Of a DNA stretch of 64,000 nucleotides, positions 38,400 to 51,393 are shown in pieces. The position numbers and the translations under genes are program-made. Source of the stretch: Mustelus asterias (taxonomy: Eukaryota); the NCBI RefSeq assembly GCF_964213995.1, contig NC_135807.1, positions 140,678,001-140,742,000 on the forward strand, in the 5' to 3' direction. The notes beneath the pieces are model-generated. The model did no database searches, was not told the DNA's origin, and saw only the letters and a program-made list of their open reading frames with translations. The number at the start of each line of letters is the position of its first letter. Position 1 is the stretch's first letter.

Positions 38400-41300
38400 G
38401 GCCTCTTGTACATCGAGGCGGGTCACTGAACCTCCCCGCCAAACTGCAAAGTCAGTCGCGAGTTTTTTTTCTAAACAGGAAATAGGCCCAGCAGCAGCCT
38501 GGGAAGGTTTTGAAGGGTTTAAAAGTAGGCCGCACCTTTGAGCGGGCAGCGTCGTTAGCGGGCAGCGGAGTGAGCAGGGGACAGAGTGAGAGCTGTAAGG
38601 GCTTTGGCTCACAGGGCTTCGGCGAAGGCGAGGAAGGTTGTTTTTCTTCGGTTACACCCCTTTTTGTTTTATCTCCCAAAAACTAAAAAGGACATGGCTG
38701 GTATGAGTGGGAGGCCAGTATACTGCATTCGGTGTGGGATGTGGGAGTTCCTGGAGACAACTTGCCTCCCGGAAGTCCATATCTGTGCCAGATGCGTGGA
38801 ACTGCAACTCCTGAAGGATCGTGTAAGGGAGCTGGAGCTGAGGCTCGATGAACTCAGTTTAGTTAGGGAAAATGAGAGATTAATAGATAAAAGTTATAGT
38901 CAGGTAGTGACACCAGGGTCTCGGAAGGAAGACACGTGGGTCACAGTTAGGAGGGGTAATAGTCAGAAGGGTGATGTGCCAGAAAGTACCCCAGTGGCAG
39001 TCTCCCACAAAAGAAAGGGATGGGCAACAGATGGGAGAAGGGAAGGGAGTGAGCAGTCTGTGGAGGGATCCCCTGTGGTTGTCCCCCTCCAAAATAGGTA
39101 TATTGTTTTGGATTCTGTGGAGGGGGATGACCCTCCAGGGGTAAGCCACGAGGACCAGATCGCCTCCACGGAGACAGGCTCAGGGGTCCGGAAGGGAAAG
39201 AAGGGGTTTAGGAGAGCGATAGTTGTGGGGGACGCAATGGTTAGAGGCACGGACAGGCGGTTCTGTGGGAGTGAACGAGAATCCAGGATGGTAGTCTGCC
39301 TCCCTGGTGCCGGGGTACTGGATGTCTCCGAGAGGGTAGGAAGCATATTTAAAAAGGAAGGTAGTCAAACTGATGTGATTGTACACATTGGTGAAAATGA
39401 TGTAGGTAGGAAGAGCAGGGGGGTCATACGAGAGAAATTCAGGGAGTTGGGTGCTAGGCTAAAAAGTAAGACCTCCAGGGTGGCAATCTCTGGACTGCTC
39501 CCGGTGTCTAGTGCAAGTGAGGCTCGGAACAGGGAGATTCTACAGTTGAACGCGTGGCTAAAGGACTGGTGCAAGAGGGAGGGTTTTAAATTCATAGATA
39601 ACTGGGAAATCTTCAAGTCAGGATGGCAACTGTACAGAAAGGATGGGTTACACCTTAACTGGAAGGGAGCAAATATCCTGGCTGGGAGTTTTGCTAGAGT
39701 GTTTCGGCAGGATTTAAACTAGTGTGGTAGGGTGGTGGGGAACAAAACAGGAGGTCAGTAAATACTGAGGCTGGGGTTGAGCTGGGGGCCAGGGCAAGGC
39801 TAGCTAAGAAGAGGAGCACTCTGGAGGAGGAGGACCTGACTGGGCCTGGAGGTCTGGAGTGCATCTGCTTCAATGCGAGGAGTGTAATGGGTAAAACAGA
39901 CGAACTTAGGGCCTTAATGCTTATGCGGAATTTGGATGTGGTTGCGGTGACGGAAACTTGGTTAAAAGAAGGACAGGACTGGCAGCTGAATATTCCATGG
40001 TATAAGTATTTTAGGCGAGACAGAGGAAGGGCTAAAAAAGGTGGGGGAGTAGCGATATTAGTTAAGGAGCATATTACCGCGGTGCAGAGGGGAGACAACT
40101 TAGAGGGGTCATGTACTGAGTCGCTGTGGGTGGAACTCAGAAACAGGAAGGGTGCAGTCACTATGCTGGGGGTGTACTACAGACCACCCAACAGCCCACG
40201 GGAAGTGGAGGAAAGGATATGTCAGGAGATTCTGGATAGGTGCAGAAAAAATAGGGTTGTTGTAGTGGGGGACTTTAATTTCCCTGGCACAGACTGGAAA
40301 GTGCTTAGAGCTGGGGGTCCGGACGGGGAGGAATTTGTAAAATGCGTACTGGAAGGTTCTTTGGAACAGTATGTAGATAGCCCGACTAGAGAGGGGGATA
40401 TACTGGACCTAGTTCTGGGAAATGAGCCCGGTCAGGTCGTCAAAGTTTCGGTAGGGGAACATGTGGCAAATAGTGACCACAACTCTGTTAACTTTAGGAT
40501 AGTAATGGACAAGGATGAGTGTTGTCCTACGGGCAGGGTGCTAAATTGGGGGAAGGCTAACTATAGCCGGATTAGGCAGGAATTGGTGGATGTTGATTGG
40601 GAGAGGATGTTCGAGGGTACGTCCGCGTCTGGCATGTGGGAGTCTTTTAAGGAACTATTGATAAGGCTGCAGGATAGGCACGTGCCTGTAAAAAGGAAAG
40701 ATAGGAAAGGTAGGATTCGAGAGCCGTGGATAACCAGGGAAATTGAGGATCTGATTAAAATGAAAAGGGAGGTGTACGTTAAGTCCAGGCAACTGAAAAC
40801 AGATGGAGCTCTGGAGGAATACAGAGAGAGTAGGAAAGAACTCAAATGGGGAGTTAGAAGGGCAAAAAGAGGTCACGAGATGTTCTTGGCAGGCAGGATT
40901 AAGGAGAATCCTAAGGCATTCTATTCATACGTTAGGAACAAAAGAGTTGTCAGGGAGAAAATCGGACCTCTCAGGGACAAAGGAGGGGAATTATGCTTAG
41001 AACCCAAGGGAATAGGGGAGATCCTAAATGAATACTTTGCATCGGTATTCACGAAGGAGAGGGGCGTGTTAACCGGGAGTGTCTCGGAGGGAGGTGTTGA
41101 CCCGTTAGAGAAAATCTCCATTACAAGAGAGGAAGTGTTAGGTTTTTTAGGGAACATTAAAACTGACAAAGCCCCAGGGCCTGATGGCATCTATCCTCGA
41201 CTGCTCAGGGAGATGAGAGATGAAATCGCTGGGCCTCTGACGGAAATCTTTGTCGCTTCTTTGGACACAGGTGAGGTCCCTGAGGATTGGAGGATAGCGA

Positions 41301-42256
41301 ATGTGGTCCCGTTGTTTAAGAAGGGTAGCAGGGATAACCCAGGAAATTATAGGTCGGTGAGCTTGACGTCCGTGGTAGGGAAGTTGTTGGAGAGGATTCT
41401 TAGAGACAGGATGTATGTGCATTTAGAACGAAACAATCTCATTAGTGACAGACAGCACGGTTTTGTAAGAGGGAGGTTGTGCCTTACAAATTTGGTGGAG
41501 TTTTTCGAGGAAGTGACAAAAACGGTCGATGAAGGAAGGGCCGTGGATGTCGTCTATGTGGATTTCAGTAAGGCATTTGACAAAGTCCCACATGGCAGGT
41601 TGGTTAAGAAGGTTAAGGCTCATGGGATACAAGGAGAAGTGGCTAGATGGGTGGAGAACTGGCTTGGCCATAGGAGACAGAGGGTAGTGGTCGAAGGGTC
41701 TTTTTCCGGCTGGAGGTCTGTGACCAGTGGTGTTCCGCAGGGCTCTGTACTGGGACCTCTGCTATTTGTGATATATATAAATGATTTGGAAGAAGGTGTA
41801 ACTGGTGTAATCAGCAAGTTTGCGGATGACACGAAGATGGCTGGACTTGCGGATAGTGAAGAGCATTGTCGGGCAATACAGCAGGATATAGATAGGCTGG
41901 AAAATTGGGCGGAGAGGTGGCAGATGGAGTTTAATCCAGATAAATGCGAAGTGATGCATTTTGGAAGAAATAATGTAGGGAGAAGTTATACAATAAATGG
42001 CAGAGTCATCAGGAGTATAGAAACACAGAGGGACCTAGGTGTGCAAGTCCACAAATCCTTGAAGGTGGCAACACAGGTGGAGAAGGTGGTGAAGAAGGCA
42101 TATGGTATGCTTGCCTTTATAGGACGGAGTATAGAGTATAAAAGCTGGAGTCTGATGATGCAGGTGTATAGAACACTGGTTAGGCCACATTTGGAGTACT
42201 GCGTCCAGTGGAGGCGTTAGAGAGAGTGCAGAGAAGGTTTACCAGGATGTTGCCTG
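38400..42256 (+). mobile_element. Young CR1 LINE with 5' UTR, open (probably chimeric) ORF1 and ORF2; ends abruptly with no 3' tail
   Basis: ORFs 38586-39722 and 39887-42220. Frameshifting deletion near 42207. CR1 homology stops at 42256. Confidence 0.9.
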
Positions 42257-42931
42257 ATTGGAATCCCATCAGCGAGCTGAGTCTTGATGTTGTCTGTGGA
42301 ATGAATGATCTCTGTTCTCATTGTCTTGCTGCTGGGCTATTTACTCCTTGTCTGCTGGTCATGGTTTCTCCTTTGTTTCCTGTTGATTAGATTATCCCTG
42401 TCTCGACCTTCTCGTTATTCCCAGCCTCTTGCATATTCATGTGGCTGTAAAGGTTCCTGACAGCCAGTCGGCCATTTTCCTTATCCCTGGGTTTTTTTAA
42501 TCATGGAGGATTTGCCCTAAAACTTACACAATCTAGCGACGCTACAACACAAGACAGCATGTATGGTAAACAGTGGAAGAAGCATGCTCTGGACAACGCT
42601 GAAAGATTCCACATCACCAGAACACATCAAAACTCTGCAGTTCTGCCATATCCAGTCATGATCAGTAAAGATAACTAAGCAATTATAGGAAGAGTGCAGC
42701 ATGTGAGTATAAAAGGCAAGGTTGAAGCCTTTGCAACTCATAGGAGACGGCTCCATGAACCTTCCCATCCTCAATTGTAGCGGAACCAGCAAAGCATTTG
42801 CAACCATCTTCTCCCAGAATTGCTGAGTGAATGAATCATCTGATCCCCAACATCAAAGGTGTCAGTCTTCACCTATTTGATTCACTCCATGTTTTAATAA
42901 GAAGCACCTATTCACACAAGGTGCAGTATAT

Positions 42932-45560
42932 AAAGAACAAAGAACAAAGAACAGTACAGCACAGGAAACAGGCCCTTCGGCCCTCCAAGCCTGTGCCGCT
43001 CCTTGGTCCAACTGGACCAATCGTTTGTATCCCTCCATTCCCAGGCTGCTCATGTGACTATCCAGGTAAGTCTTAAACGATGTCAGCGTGCCTGCCTCCA
43101 CCACCCTACTTGGCAGCGCATTCCAGGCCCCCACCAGCCTCTGTGTAAAAAACATCCCTCTGATATCTGAGTTATACTTCGCCCCTCTCACCTTGAGCCC
43201 GTGACCCCTCGTGATCGTCACCTCCGACCTGGGAAAAAGCTTCCCACTGTTCACCCTATCTATCCCCTTCATAATCTTATACACCTCTATTAGATCTCCC
43301 CTCATTCTCGGTCTTTCCAAGGAGAACAACCCCAGTTTACCCAATTCCTCCTCATAGCTAAGACCCTCCATACCAGGCAACATCCTGGTAAACCTTCTCT
43401 GCACTCTCTCTAACGCCTCCACTGGACGCAGTACTCCAAATGTGGCCTAACCAGTGTTCTATACAGCTGCATCATCAGACTCCAGCTTTTATACTCTATA
43501 CTCCGTCCTATAAAGGCAAGCATACCATATGCCTTCTTCACCACCTTCTCCACCTGTGTTGCCACCTTCAAGGATTTGTGGACTTGCACACCTAGGTCCC
43601 TCTGTGTTTCTATACTCCTGATGACTCTGCCATTTATTGTATAACTTCTCCCTACATTATTTCTTCCAAAATGCATCACTTCGCATTTATCCGGATTAAA
43701 CTCCATCTGCCACCTCTCCGCCCAATTTTCCAGCCTATCTATATCCTGCTGTATTGCCCGACAATGCTCTTCACTATCCGCAAGTCCAGCCATCTTCGTG
43801 TCATCCGCAAACTTGCTGATTACACCAGTTACACCTTCTTCCAAATCATTTATATATATCACAAATAGCAGAGGTCCCAGTACAGAGCCCTGCGGAACAC
43901 CACTGGTCACAGACCTCCAGCCGGAAAAAGACCCTTCGACCACTACCCTCTGTCTCCTATGGCCAAGCCAGTTCTCCACCCATCTAGCCACTTCTCCTTG
44001 TATCCCATGAGCCTTAACCTTCTTAACCAACCTGCCATGTGGGACTTTGTCAAATGCCTTACTGAAATCCATATAGACGACATCCACGGCCCTTCCTTCA
44101 TCGACCGTTTTTGTCACTTCCTCGAAAAACTCCACCAAATTTGTAAGGCACAACCTCCCTCTTACAAAACCGTGCTGTCTGTCACTAATGAGATTGTTTC
44201 GTTCTAAATGCACATACATCCTGTCTCTAAGAATCCTCTCCAACAACTTCCCTACCACGGACGTCAAGCTCACCGACCTATAATTTCCTGGGTTATCCCT
44301 GCTACCCTTCTTAAACAATGGGACCACATTCGCTATCCTCCAATCCTCAGGGACCTCACCTGTGTCCAAAGAAGCGACAAAGATTTCCGTCAGAGGCCCA
44401 GCGATTTCATCTCTCATCTCCCTGAGCAGTCGAGGATAGATGCCATCAGGCCCTGGGGCTTTGTCAGTTTTAATGTTCCCTAAAAAACCTAACACTTCCT
44501 CTCTTGTAATGGAGATTTTCTCTAACGGGTCAACACCTCCCTCCGAGACACTCCCGGTTAACACGCCCCTCTCCTTCGTGAATACCGATGCAAAGTATTC
44601 ATTTAGGATCTCCCCTATTCCCTTGGGTTCTAAGCATAATTCCCCTCCTTTGTCCCTGAGAGGTCCGATTTTCTCCCTGACAACTCTTTTGTTCCTAACG
44701 TATGAATAGCATGCCTTAGGATTCTCCTTAATCCTGCCTGCCAAGAACATCTCGTGACCTCTTTTTGCCCTTCTAACTCCCCATTTGAGTTCTTTCCTAC
44801 TCTCTCTGTATTCCTCCAGAGCTCCATCTGTTTTCTGTTGCCTGGACTTAAGGTATGCCTCCCTTTTCATTTTAATCAGATCCTCAATTTCCCTGGTTAT
44901 CCACGGCTCTCGAATCCTACCTTTCCTATCTTTCCTTTTTACAGGTACATGCCTATCCTGCAGCCTTATCAATAGTTCCTTAAAAGACTCCCACATGCCA
45001 GATGCGGACGTACCCTCGAACATCCTCTCCCAATCAACATCCACCAATTCCTGCCTAATCCGGCTATAGTTAGCCTTCCCCCAATTTAGCACCCTGCCTG
45101 TAGGACAGCACTCATCCTTGTCCATTACTATCCTAAAGTTAACAGAGTTGTGGTCACTATTTGCCACATGTTCCCCTACCGAAACTTTGACGACCTGACC
45201 GGGCTCATTTCCCAGAACTAGGTCCAGTATATCCCCCTCTCTAGTCGGGCTATCTACATACTGTTCCAAAGAACCTTCCAGTACGCATTTTACAAATTCC
45301 TCCCCGTCCGGACCCCCAGCTCTAAGCACTTTCCAGTCTGTGCCAGGGAAATTAAAGTCCCCCACTACAACAACCCTATTTTTTCTGCACCTATCCAGAA
45401 TCTCCTGACATATCCTTTCCTCCACTTCCCGTGGGCTGTTGGGTGGTCTGTAGTACACCCCCAGCATAGTGACTGCACCCTTCCTGTTTCTGAGTTCCAC
45501 CCACAGCGACTCAGTACATGACCCCTCTAAGTTGTCTACCCTCTGCACCGCGGTAATATG
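42932..45560 (-). mobile_element. CR1 copy with 3' tail; 43374-45560 is an inverted duplicate of 40070-42256
   Basis: 712-aa ORF almost identical to the + strand ORF, with the same YCVQWRR deletion. Confidence 0.92.
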
Positions 45561-46099
45561 AAGAGAAGCTATGAAAAAAGCAGAGATACAGAAGGAATAT
45601 CACCAGGCAAAGCTCCAAAACAAATTTGGAAGTGAAAGGCAGTGATTTAAAATTCTTTCCTGTAGCAGAGGCTTCCATTGAAACTCTTTGGGAGGCCAGC
45701 TTCAGAATGTAGTGCCGACAGAACTTGCAAGGGTGAGCTAAATCTTTGAAAAATCCAGGTTGCAGCAAATCATGTGAACTCCTTTAAGTAATTCAGTGTC
45801 AAATGTGCAGTTTGAAAGAAACCCATCACTAAAACCCAATCTTTGAATTGATGCATCCAAGCTTGTCCAAAGAAAGAATTAAATATATCTGGAATGTTGA
45901 GACTGACCAGTGCAGTAAAAATCAAGTAGAAACTCCAATTTGACAGATTGAAGAATAAACTACTGAACAAAAGAAGTGTACAAGCTGCTGATCCAGGCAG
46001 CCATTGTATAATTTAATCACCATTGTGCAGAACCCACCAAAACTGGCCAAACTCTCTCTGAGTGAATTTCACCTCCCTCTTGAAATTCAGAAAGCTCTT

Positions 46100-47270
46100 A
46101 AAGTTGAACATAAACTTTTGAAATATTTTAATATGGATCAGAATTCCACACTTCCAAGTCAATTTGGATTAATCAAGGCCCAGACCCATAAGAAAATTGG
46201 GGACTTTGGAGGAAAAGATTCTTAAAATACAGCATTGCTTCAAGTTTAAATAAAAAGTCTGAAAAAGAGCAGATGAACACATTACTCAGCAGATTCCATT
46301 GTAGATGATGTCATTGTAAGACAAGGAATTAATGAATCATCCATAAATTTTAAAGAGGTACTAACATCATTCAACATTTATTTTAATCTCAGAAGTAATA
46401 AATTACTCCAAATAACTAATTCCAATACGAGAGTCCAACTGCCAGGAGAACCAGTGATTCATTCATCTGTGATTTCTATTGGATAGCAGAAGATTGTGAA
46501 TATGGAGATTTAAACTTCAACTCATCAGGGACGGAATAGGGGTGGGGGTAACAGATTATGCACGTCTGTAGGGAAAGGAAAATCCAACTCTGGAAAAGCC
46601 CATTCAAATAGTTAGACATTCAGAGCTCCATGAGCGGGGAAGAATTGAACATGGTGCAGAGGCCAACCCTCAGTCCAGCTGGTTAAGCAAAAAGACACAG
46701 GGACAGCCTAGGTCAGGGAAAGCAATAATGGGACAGACTTGAAGAGTGAGCATAATAGCGATATGGAGTGAAGCACCCTCACAGGTGACATAACAATCCT
46801 GCAAATGCAGCCCAGTACTTCCCATGCAACAAGATTGGACACTGTAAATATGCTGCATCTGCCAGCTAGCATTGCCAAAGCTATAACAGATGCTGGAACC
46901 TGCTGGCACCTGTCCATGGCTGACAATGAAAAGCAGAAGTGAGCGAAACATCACACTACCTTCTCACCACAGGAACACTTTTCCTCAACCACAGTGGACA
47001 TCAAGGCAATCCATATGATGAGAAATAAAGCAAAAAGAAGCAACAAGGAGACAATGTCGTGCAAGATTGAGTTAGAATAGCAGCAATCACCAATCACTGC
47101 AAAGGCAGAACCTAACGTGATTCATCATGAAGAAATGGAAAAACAGAATGAAAGCTCATACCAGCTCACCCTCCAGACCAACAGGACGAACAGCAACAAA
47201 AGAGTCTAGCACTCCTCCGACAGAACTGAACGAGCTGTGGAAGGGCTCCAGACCACCTGAATCTCTAAAT
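46100..47270 (+). mobile_element. Highly decayed, internally deleted Ty3/gypsy internal region (gag remnants and pol C-terminus)
   Basis: Manual translation across frameshifts gives NTRVQLPGEP..., AEDCEYGDL..., IRDGIG, a knuckle-like FPCNKIGH near 46817, and a pol-end-like APDHLNL-stop near 47246-47268. Confidence 0.6.
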
Positions 47271-47316
47271 TCAATGACCTGATGGAGTACTGATAATGTA
47301 GAAAAAGTGTGAACAT

Positions 47317-47402
47317 AGAAATAGTGAGAATATAGAAATAGTGAGAATGTAGAAATAGTGAGAATATAGAAATAGTGAGAATGTAGAAATAGTGAGAATG
47401 TA
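47317..47402. repeat. 17-bp tandem repeat (AGAAATAGTGAGAAT(A/G)T) x about 5
   Basis: Read directly. Confidence 0.85.
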
Positions 47403-47454
47403 GTAACAGCAATGTAAATGAATGCATGATAATAATGCAAGACATGAAGTTTTT

Positions 47455-48895
47455 TAAAATTCATTTGTGGGACATGGGCGTCGCTGATTGGCCAGCATTT
47501 ATTGCCCATCCATAGTTGCCCTCGTTCAGAGGGCAATTGAGAGTCAACCACATTGCTGTGGCTTTGGAGTCACATGTATGCCAGACCAGATAAGGATGAC
47601 AGATTTCTTGGGGTCCATATCCACAGATCTCTAAAGGTTGCCACTCAAGTGGATAGAGCTGTGAAGAAGGCCTATAGTGTGTCAGCTTTTATTAACAGGG
47701 GGTTGGAGTTTAAGAGCCGTGGAGTTATGCTGCAACTGTACAGGACCTTGGTGAGACCACATTTGGAATATTCTGTGCAGTTCTAGTCACCTCACTATAA
47801 AAAGGATGTGGAAGCGCTGGAAAGCGTGCAGAGGAGATTTACCAGGATGCTGCCTGGTTTGGAGGGTAGGTCTTATGAGGAAAGGTTGAGGGAGCTAGGG
47901 CTGTTCTCTCTGGAGCGGAGGAGGTTGAGGGGAGACTTAACAGAGGTTTGTAAAATGATGAAGGGGATAGATAGAGTGAACGTTCAAAGACTATTTCCTC
48001 GGGTGGATGGAGCTATTACAAGGGGGCATAACTATAGGGTTCATGGTGGGAGATATAGGAAGGATGTCTGAGGTAGGTTCTTTACTCAGAGAGTGGTTGG
48101 GATGTGGAATGGACTGCAGTGATAGTGGAGTCAAACACTTTAGGAACATTAAAGCGGTTATTGGATAGGCACATGGAGCACACCAAGATGATAGGGAGTG
48201 GGATAGCTTGATCTTGGTTCCAGATAAAGCTCGGCACAACATTGTAGGCCGAAGGGCCTGTTCTGTGCTGTACTGTTCTATGTTTCTAGGTTTCTATTCC
48301 TTCCTTAAAGGGCATCAGTGAACCAGGTGGGTCTTTCCGACAATTGACAATGATTTCATGATCATCAGTAGCTTCTTAATTCCAAATATTTTTGTTATTG
48401 AATTAATTCTACCACCTGCCATGGCAGGATTTGAACCCAGGTCCCAGCTCGTTTGGCAGGGGGGGTGGGAACGAAAGAAAAGATTAATTAACTGAAGGGG
48501 AACCAGAGAGTAGAAACATAGAAAGAAACATAGAAACATAGAAAAACTACAGCACAAACAGGCCCCACAAGTTGTGCCGAACATATCCCTACCTTCTAGG
48601 CCTACCTATAACCGTAGGTTAGTTTAATAATATCCTTTCTATAATAGGGTGACCAGAACTGTACACAGTATTCCAAGCGTGGCCTTACCAATGTCTTGTA
48701 CAACTTCAGCAAGGCGTCCGAACTCCTATATTCAATGTTCTGACCGATGAAACCAAGCATGCCGAATGCCTTCTTCACCACTCTGTCCACCTGTGACTCC
48801 ACTTTCAAGGAGCTATGAACCTGTACCCCTAGATCTCTTTGTTCTGTAACTCTCCCCAACGCCCTACCATTAACTGAGTAAGTCCTGCCGTCCCC
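47455..48895. mobile_element. Minus-strand Deu-SINE-type element split by a + strand CR1 3' fragment (about 47605-48297), followed by minus-strand CR1 fragments
   Basis: SINE tail and head match the element at 16034; CR1 ORF2 C-terminal peptides in the ORF track. Confidence 0.72.
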
Positions 48896-48930
48896 AAAAC
48901 TAATGAATCTCCAAATACATTGGATAAAGA

Positions 48931-49211
48931 TGTGAGGAGGCAGTGTAGTACAAGGGTCTGACACAAAAAGGGTTAATGTAGGACTGAGTACAGTACTGCA
49001 CACACAGTGCTGCACATGACCCAGATCAGAATTAGTGTGGTGTTGAACAGAGATATTTATAACCCTGAACACGGAGACAGCCACTAGCTCTGCCCTTTAC
49101 CCTATACCTCTAGCAGTTAATAGTTCTAATAGTTAATAAAAACTTACGGTTAACCTACAGAAGACTTGGAGACTTATTTAAGACATGCTGATCTGTAAAC
49201 AACACCTCACA
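48931..49211 (+). mobile_element. Short LTR-like sequence, possibly the 3' LTR of the decayed gypsy
   Basis: TGTGAGG...CCTCACA inverted termini, internal TATA-like site and AATAAA; no TSD. Confidence 0.5.
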
Positions 49212-49309
49212 ACATTAATTATACCAGGCGTCAGGCAGTGCAGTATTGGATTTGGTGGAAGAGTAAGACTGGAAATTTACAAACCCTCAGCAGTTTGATA
49301 TGTAAAATT

Positions 49310-50305
49310 TCATGGGATGTGGGTGTCACTGGTTAGCCCACCATTTATTGCCCATCCCTAATTACCCTTGAGAAGGGGGTGGTGAGCTGCCATCTTGAAT
49401 CCGGTGCAATCCAGTTTGGTGTAGGCACACCCACAATGCTCTTAGGAGGTTGTTCCAGGATTTTGACCAGTCATAGTGAAGGAACAGCGAGATATTTCCA
49501 AGTCAAGATAGTGAGTGACTTGGAGAACAACCTCCAGGTGCTGGTGTTCCCAGGTATCTGCTGCTCTAGCCCTTCTGGATGGTAGTGGCCTTGGGTTTGG
49601 AATGTGCTGCATTAGGAACCTTGGTGAGTTGTTGCAGTGCAACTTGTAGATGGTACAAATTGCTGCCACTGTTCATCGGTGGTGGAAGGATTGAATGTTT
49701 GTGGAAGGGGTAGCGATCAAATGGGGCTGCTTTGCCTTGGATGGTGTTGAGCTTCTTGAGTGTTGTTGGAGCTGCACCCATCCAGGCACTCCTAACTTGT
49801 GCCTTGCAGATGGTGGACAGGCTTTGGAGTGAGGGGGGCGGGGGGGGGGGGGGGGGGTTGGCGGGGGGGGGGGGGGCGGTCAGGAGGTGAGTTACTGGCC
49901 ACAGTTTTCCTAGCCTTTGACCTGCTCTTTTAGCCATAGTATTTATATGGCTAGTCCAGTTGAGCTTCTCGTCAAAGGTAACTTCCAGAATGTTGATGGT
50001 GGGGATTCAGCAATGGTAATGCCATTGACTGTCAAGGGGTGATGATGTGGAGATGCCGGCGTTGGACCAGGGTAGGCACAGTAAGAAGTCTCACACCTCA
50101 GTCTCATACCTCACCCGATGAAGAGGTAGCACGCCGAAAGCTTGTGCTACCAAACAAACCTGTTGGGCTTTAATCTGGTGTTGTGAGACTTCTTACTAAG
50201 GGGTAATGGTTAGATCCTCTCTGGTTGGTGATGGCCATTGCCAGGCATTTGTGTGGCATGAATGTTACATGCCACTTGTCAGCCCAAGCCTGGATATCGT
50301 CCAGG
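49310..50305 (-). mobile_element. L2-clade LINE 3' fragment containing a small PLE-derived insert (about 50045-50197)
   Basis: Reverse complement matches 56935-57455, including the tail shared with the Deu-SINE. The insert is flanked by an AAGGGGT(G/A)ATG duplication. Confidence 0.7.
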
Positions 50306-50727
50306 TTTGTGAAACAATAACACAGTAAAGAGATAGCTCGATGAAATCATGAAGTTGTTTTTTGTTCATTGATTGATTGGAAATCAGTCAAATTCTTATG
50401 CTTGTTTCCGGGTTGCCTTAACTGATATTTAAGCGCTTTCGTGTCAGACGAGGGGTCAGAATACCTTCAGGAAGATCTGAGTCCGGCACCTGAATTCTAC
50501 CACCTCGCCCGTCACCGAATCGGAGCGGGCGCGGGTTCCGGGCGGGAATTTCCGGTCGCGCCCGGGTCACAGTGAGTCCAGTTTTGTGTCAATCCGGATT
50601 AATTGTCGCTGAAGTCGGATCGGTTGAGGCGGAGAAGGTGATTGGCTGTGGGATGAAATTATTTGCTAGAAAAGGCAGCGTTGTTCATGTTAACCGCGGG
50701 TTAAAGGTGGTGACGGAAGAGGTGCTG

Positions 50728-50755
50728 GATTCTTGTAAGGAGCCGGAGCACTGTG
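50728..50755 (+). promoter_or_regulatory. J1 RSS, 12-bp spacer (GATTCTTGT-12-CACTGTG)
   Basis: Perfect heptamer, 7/9 nonamer, exact spacer. Confidence 0.92.
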
Positions 50756-50803
50756 CGACCAGGGAGAAAATCTTCGGCACTGGGACGAAACTTTTTGTTA
50801 CAG
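50756..50803 (+). CDS. TRGJ: TCR gamma joining segment J1 (TREKIFGTGTKLFVT)
   Basis: K-I-F-G-x-G-T motif, phase-1 donor GTGAGG. Confidence 0.95.
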
Positions 50804-51023
50804 GTGAGGCTTCGGTGTGAGGAAGGTTGTAAATTACAATAGTTAAACTCGCGGTGCTGAGTAACCGGGTGGTAGTGATGGTAGTTAGCATGGACTGGAA
50901 CACTCTGTGTATCTGAGAATTCCGCTCTGTGTTTCTCAAGGAGCGGACCCGATAGTTTCTACAAAGTGGCTGCAGGTTCAGTCCCTTTGGGGAGACGCTG
51001 GAGATTCGGTTGGTGCCCAGGAT

Positions 51024-51051
51024 GGTTCTTGTAAAGTAATGTAACACAGTG
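51024..51051 (+). promoter_or_regulatory. J2 RSS, 12-bp spacer (GGTTCTTGT-12-CACAGTG)
   Basis: 8/9 nonamer, exact spacer, heptamer ending in GTG. Confidence 0.9.
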
Positions 51052-51108
51052 TGACCAGTAGCAGCTGGAGAAAGATATTCGGCTCTGGGACTCGCCTCAT
51101 TGTTTCAG
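51052..51108 (+). CDS. TRGJ: TCR gamma joining segment J2 (TSSSWRKIFGSGTRLIVS)
   Basis: W-x-K-I-F-G-S-G-T motif typical of TRGJ, phase-1 GT donor. Confidence 0.95.
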
Positions 51109-51318
51109 GTTCGTCTGGCGAATGTGTTTCACTGTGTCTAACAAAAGGGCTGGGCGAGATCTTTTACAGAAATATCATCAGGGTCGCAGGCAGTCCGTCC
51201 AATATTTACTCCGAGTTTGGTGATTCACTGAGAGTTTATAGAATCAGGGAGTCTGCACCAAAGCCCTTATTCCTGCTCAGAGCTTCTATTAATCAGATCT
51301 AGGACAGGCTAGTGGCGG

Positions 51319-51346
51319 GGTTTTTGTACAGGGTTGTGTCGCTGTG
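51319..51346 (+). promoter_or_regulatory. J3 RSS, 12-bp spacer (GGTTTTTGT-12-CGCTGTG)
   Basis: Perfect nonamer, 6/7 heptamer. Confidence 0.93.
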
Positions 51347-51393
51347 GTCTGGAAGAAAGCTCTTTGGGACTGGGACTAAACTGATCGTCACAG
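51347..51393 (+). CDS. TRGJ: TCR gamma joining segment J3 (SGRKLFGTGTKLIVT)
   Basis: FGxGT motif and consensus donor GTGAGT; not in the ORF track, translated by hand. Confidence 0.95.

Noticed and set aside
28040-45069. Many 60-320 aa ORFs antisense to CR1 ORFs
   Set aside because: Shadow frames of LINE coding sequence with no independent domain signal
38076-50727. D segments or further V genes between V3 and J1
   Set aside because: By eye I found no short segment flanked by two RSSs and no additional V-set ORF; V23/J12 spacers allow direct joining
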